From Calditerricola satsumensis (GTDB taxonomy: Bacteria; Bacillota; Bacilli; Calditerricolales; Calditerricolaceae), in the NCBI RefSeq assembly GCF_014646935.1, contig NZ_BMOF01000014.1:7646-31645 (forward strand): a stretch of DNA of 24,000 bases, written 5' to 3'. Of this stretch, positions 23,712-24,000 are shown in pieces. Position numbers and translations under genes: made by a program. The notes below the pieces were generated by a model. That model saw only the letters and a program-made list of their open reading frames with translations, was not told the DNA's origin and did not search any database. The first letter of the stretch is position 1. Every line of letters begins with the position of its first letter.

Positions 23712-24000
23712 TTACCGCCTCCCTTCCCCGATGACCGTCCGCAACTGGTCCAGGTAATGCTGGGTGCTCTGCACCAGGGCCTGGTACCACAGCGCGTTGC
23801 GGGCTAGGTTGGCCATCTCCGCGTCCACGTCGACGTTGTTGCCGTCGTGGCGCATGCGCGTATGGACGGCGGGAACGATCCGCGGCGCGACCATGCTCTC
23901 CCGTGCCCCGATGGGCAGGTGGCGCGGATCGGTTCGCACGCCGACAAAGGACGAGCCCGGTCGGGCAAGGGCTTCCGCAAGCAGGCGCTCAAAGGCGACA
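23712..24000 (-). CDS. flgB: Flagellar proximal rod protein FlgB (C-terminal part; 5' end beyond the right edge of the window)
   Basis: The frame stays open upstream of the track's internal GTG (23939) to the window edge: VAFERLLAEALARPGSSFVGVRTDPRHL.... C-terminal DGNNVDVDAEMANLARNALWYQALVQSTQHYLDQLRTVIG matches the FlgB family end. Confidence 0.9.
   Translation of the reverse strand, partial: VAFERLLAEALARPGSSFVGVRTDPRHLPIGARESMVAPRIVPAVHTRMRHDGNNVDVDAEMANLARNALWYQALVQSTQHYLDQLRTVIGEGRR

Noticed and set aside
92-23757. Many very long plus-strand ORFs in the track, e.g. 1585..3804 (739 aa), 5287..7194 (635 aa), 11406..13232 (608 aa), 15472..17766 (764 aa), 18678..20315 (545 aa) and 20032..21723 (563 aa).
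   Set aside because: Each lies antisense to a minus-strand gene with strong family signatures. Their translations are Arg/Gly/Ala/Pro/His-rich low-complexity strings with no recognisable motifs and no Shine-Dalgarno at the starts. Stop-free antisense frames are expected in GC-rich coding DNA because of G/C at third positions. There is no evidence for overprinted genes.
23712-23939. The 75-aa ORF, which could be read as a small stand-alone gene.
   Set aside because: The frame remains open upstream to the window edge. The upstream residues (VAFERLLAEAL...) align in register with the middle of B. subtilis FlgB. It is the C-terminal part of a normal-length flgB cut by the window.
1-24000. Internal sigma-D type promoters (TAAA-N15-GCCGATAT), e.g. 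upstream of ylxF as in B. subtilis, and intrinsic terminators.
   Set aside because: My visual scan of the minus strand for GCCGATA-like -10 boxes found only GCCGATC variants (near 5098, 16141 and 19111). None has a TAAA about 15 nt upstream. No stem-loop followed by a U-tract was seen. This manual search cannot exclude them, but there is nothing I can support.
1-24000. Accessory or novel systems (defence islands, toxin-antitoxin pairs, CRISPR arrays, transposases, integrases, tRNA/rRNA genes).
   Set aside because: Every stretch longer than 100 nt is accounted for by a recognisable flagellar or chemotaxis gene in canonical fla/che order. I saw no direct or inverted terminal repeats, no spacer-repeat periodicity and no compositionally deviant segment.

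Overview
The whole window is one co-directional, tightly packed flagellar/chemotaxis gene cluster on the minus strand. Gene order matches the Bacillus subtilis fla/che operon: flgB (5' end off-window), flgC, fliE, fliF, fliG, fliH, fliI, fliJ, ylxF-like, fliK, flgD, flgE, flbD, fliL, fliM, fliY, cheY, fliO/fliZ, fliP, fliQ, fliR, flhB, flhA, flhF, flhG, cheB, cheA (3' end off-window). The DNA is visibly GC-rich with strong G/C preference at third codon positions. Protein similarity, especially CheY, FliM and FlgE to Bacillus, points to a high-GC, probably thermophilic Bacillales-type Firmicute; the exact taxon cannot be determined here. Intergenic spacers run from negative (overlaps of 1-38 nt) to 99 nt. 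Nearly every start has a GGAGG-like Shine-Dalgarno, and about 11-12 of the 26 starts I inspected are GTG/TTG. I found no RNA genes, mobile elements, CRISPR arrays or unexplained accessory genes, and no room for an undescribed multi-gene system, so this looks like a conserved core-motility locus. The most noteworthy anomaly is a 9-nt A/T homopolymer inside the 3' end of fliR. It leaves the gene, as sequenced, in a frame giving an Arg-rich tail, while the adjacent frame encodes a typical hydrophobic FliR C-terminus. This could be a sequencing indel, a genuine frameshift, or a slippage site. Smaller oddities:
- an NPVH variant of the FlhB NPTH autocleavage motif
- an enlarged, internally duplicated YlxF/MgtE_N-like protein
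- a 9-bp in-frame tandem repeat in fliK
- a GC-rich hairpin in the largest spacer (flgE-flbD)
- expanded Ala/Pro/Arg-rich linkers.

The long plus-strand ORFs in the track are antisense artefacts of GC-rich coding DNA.
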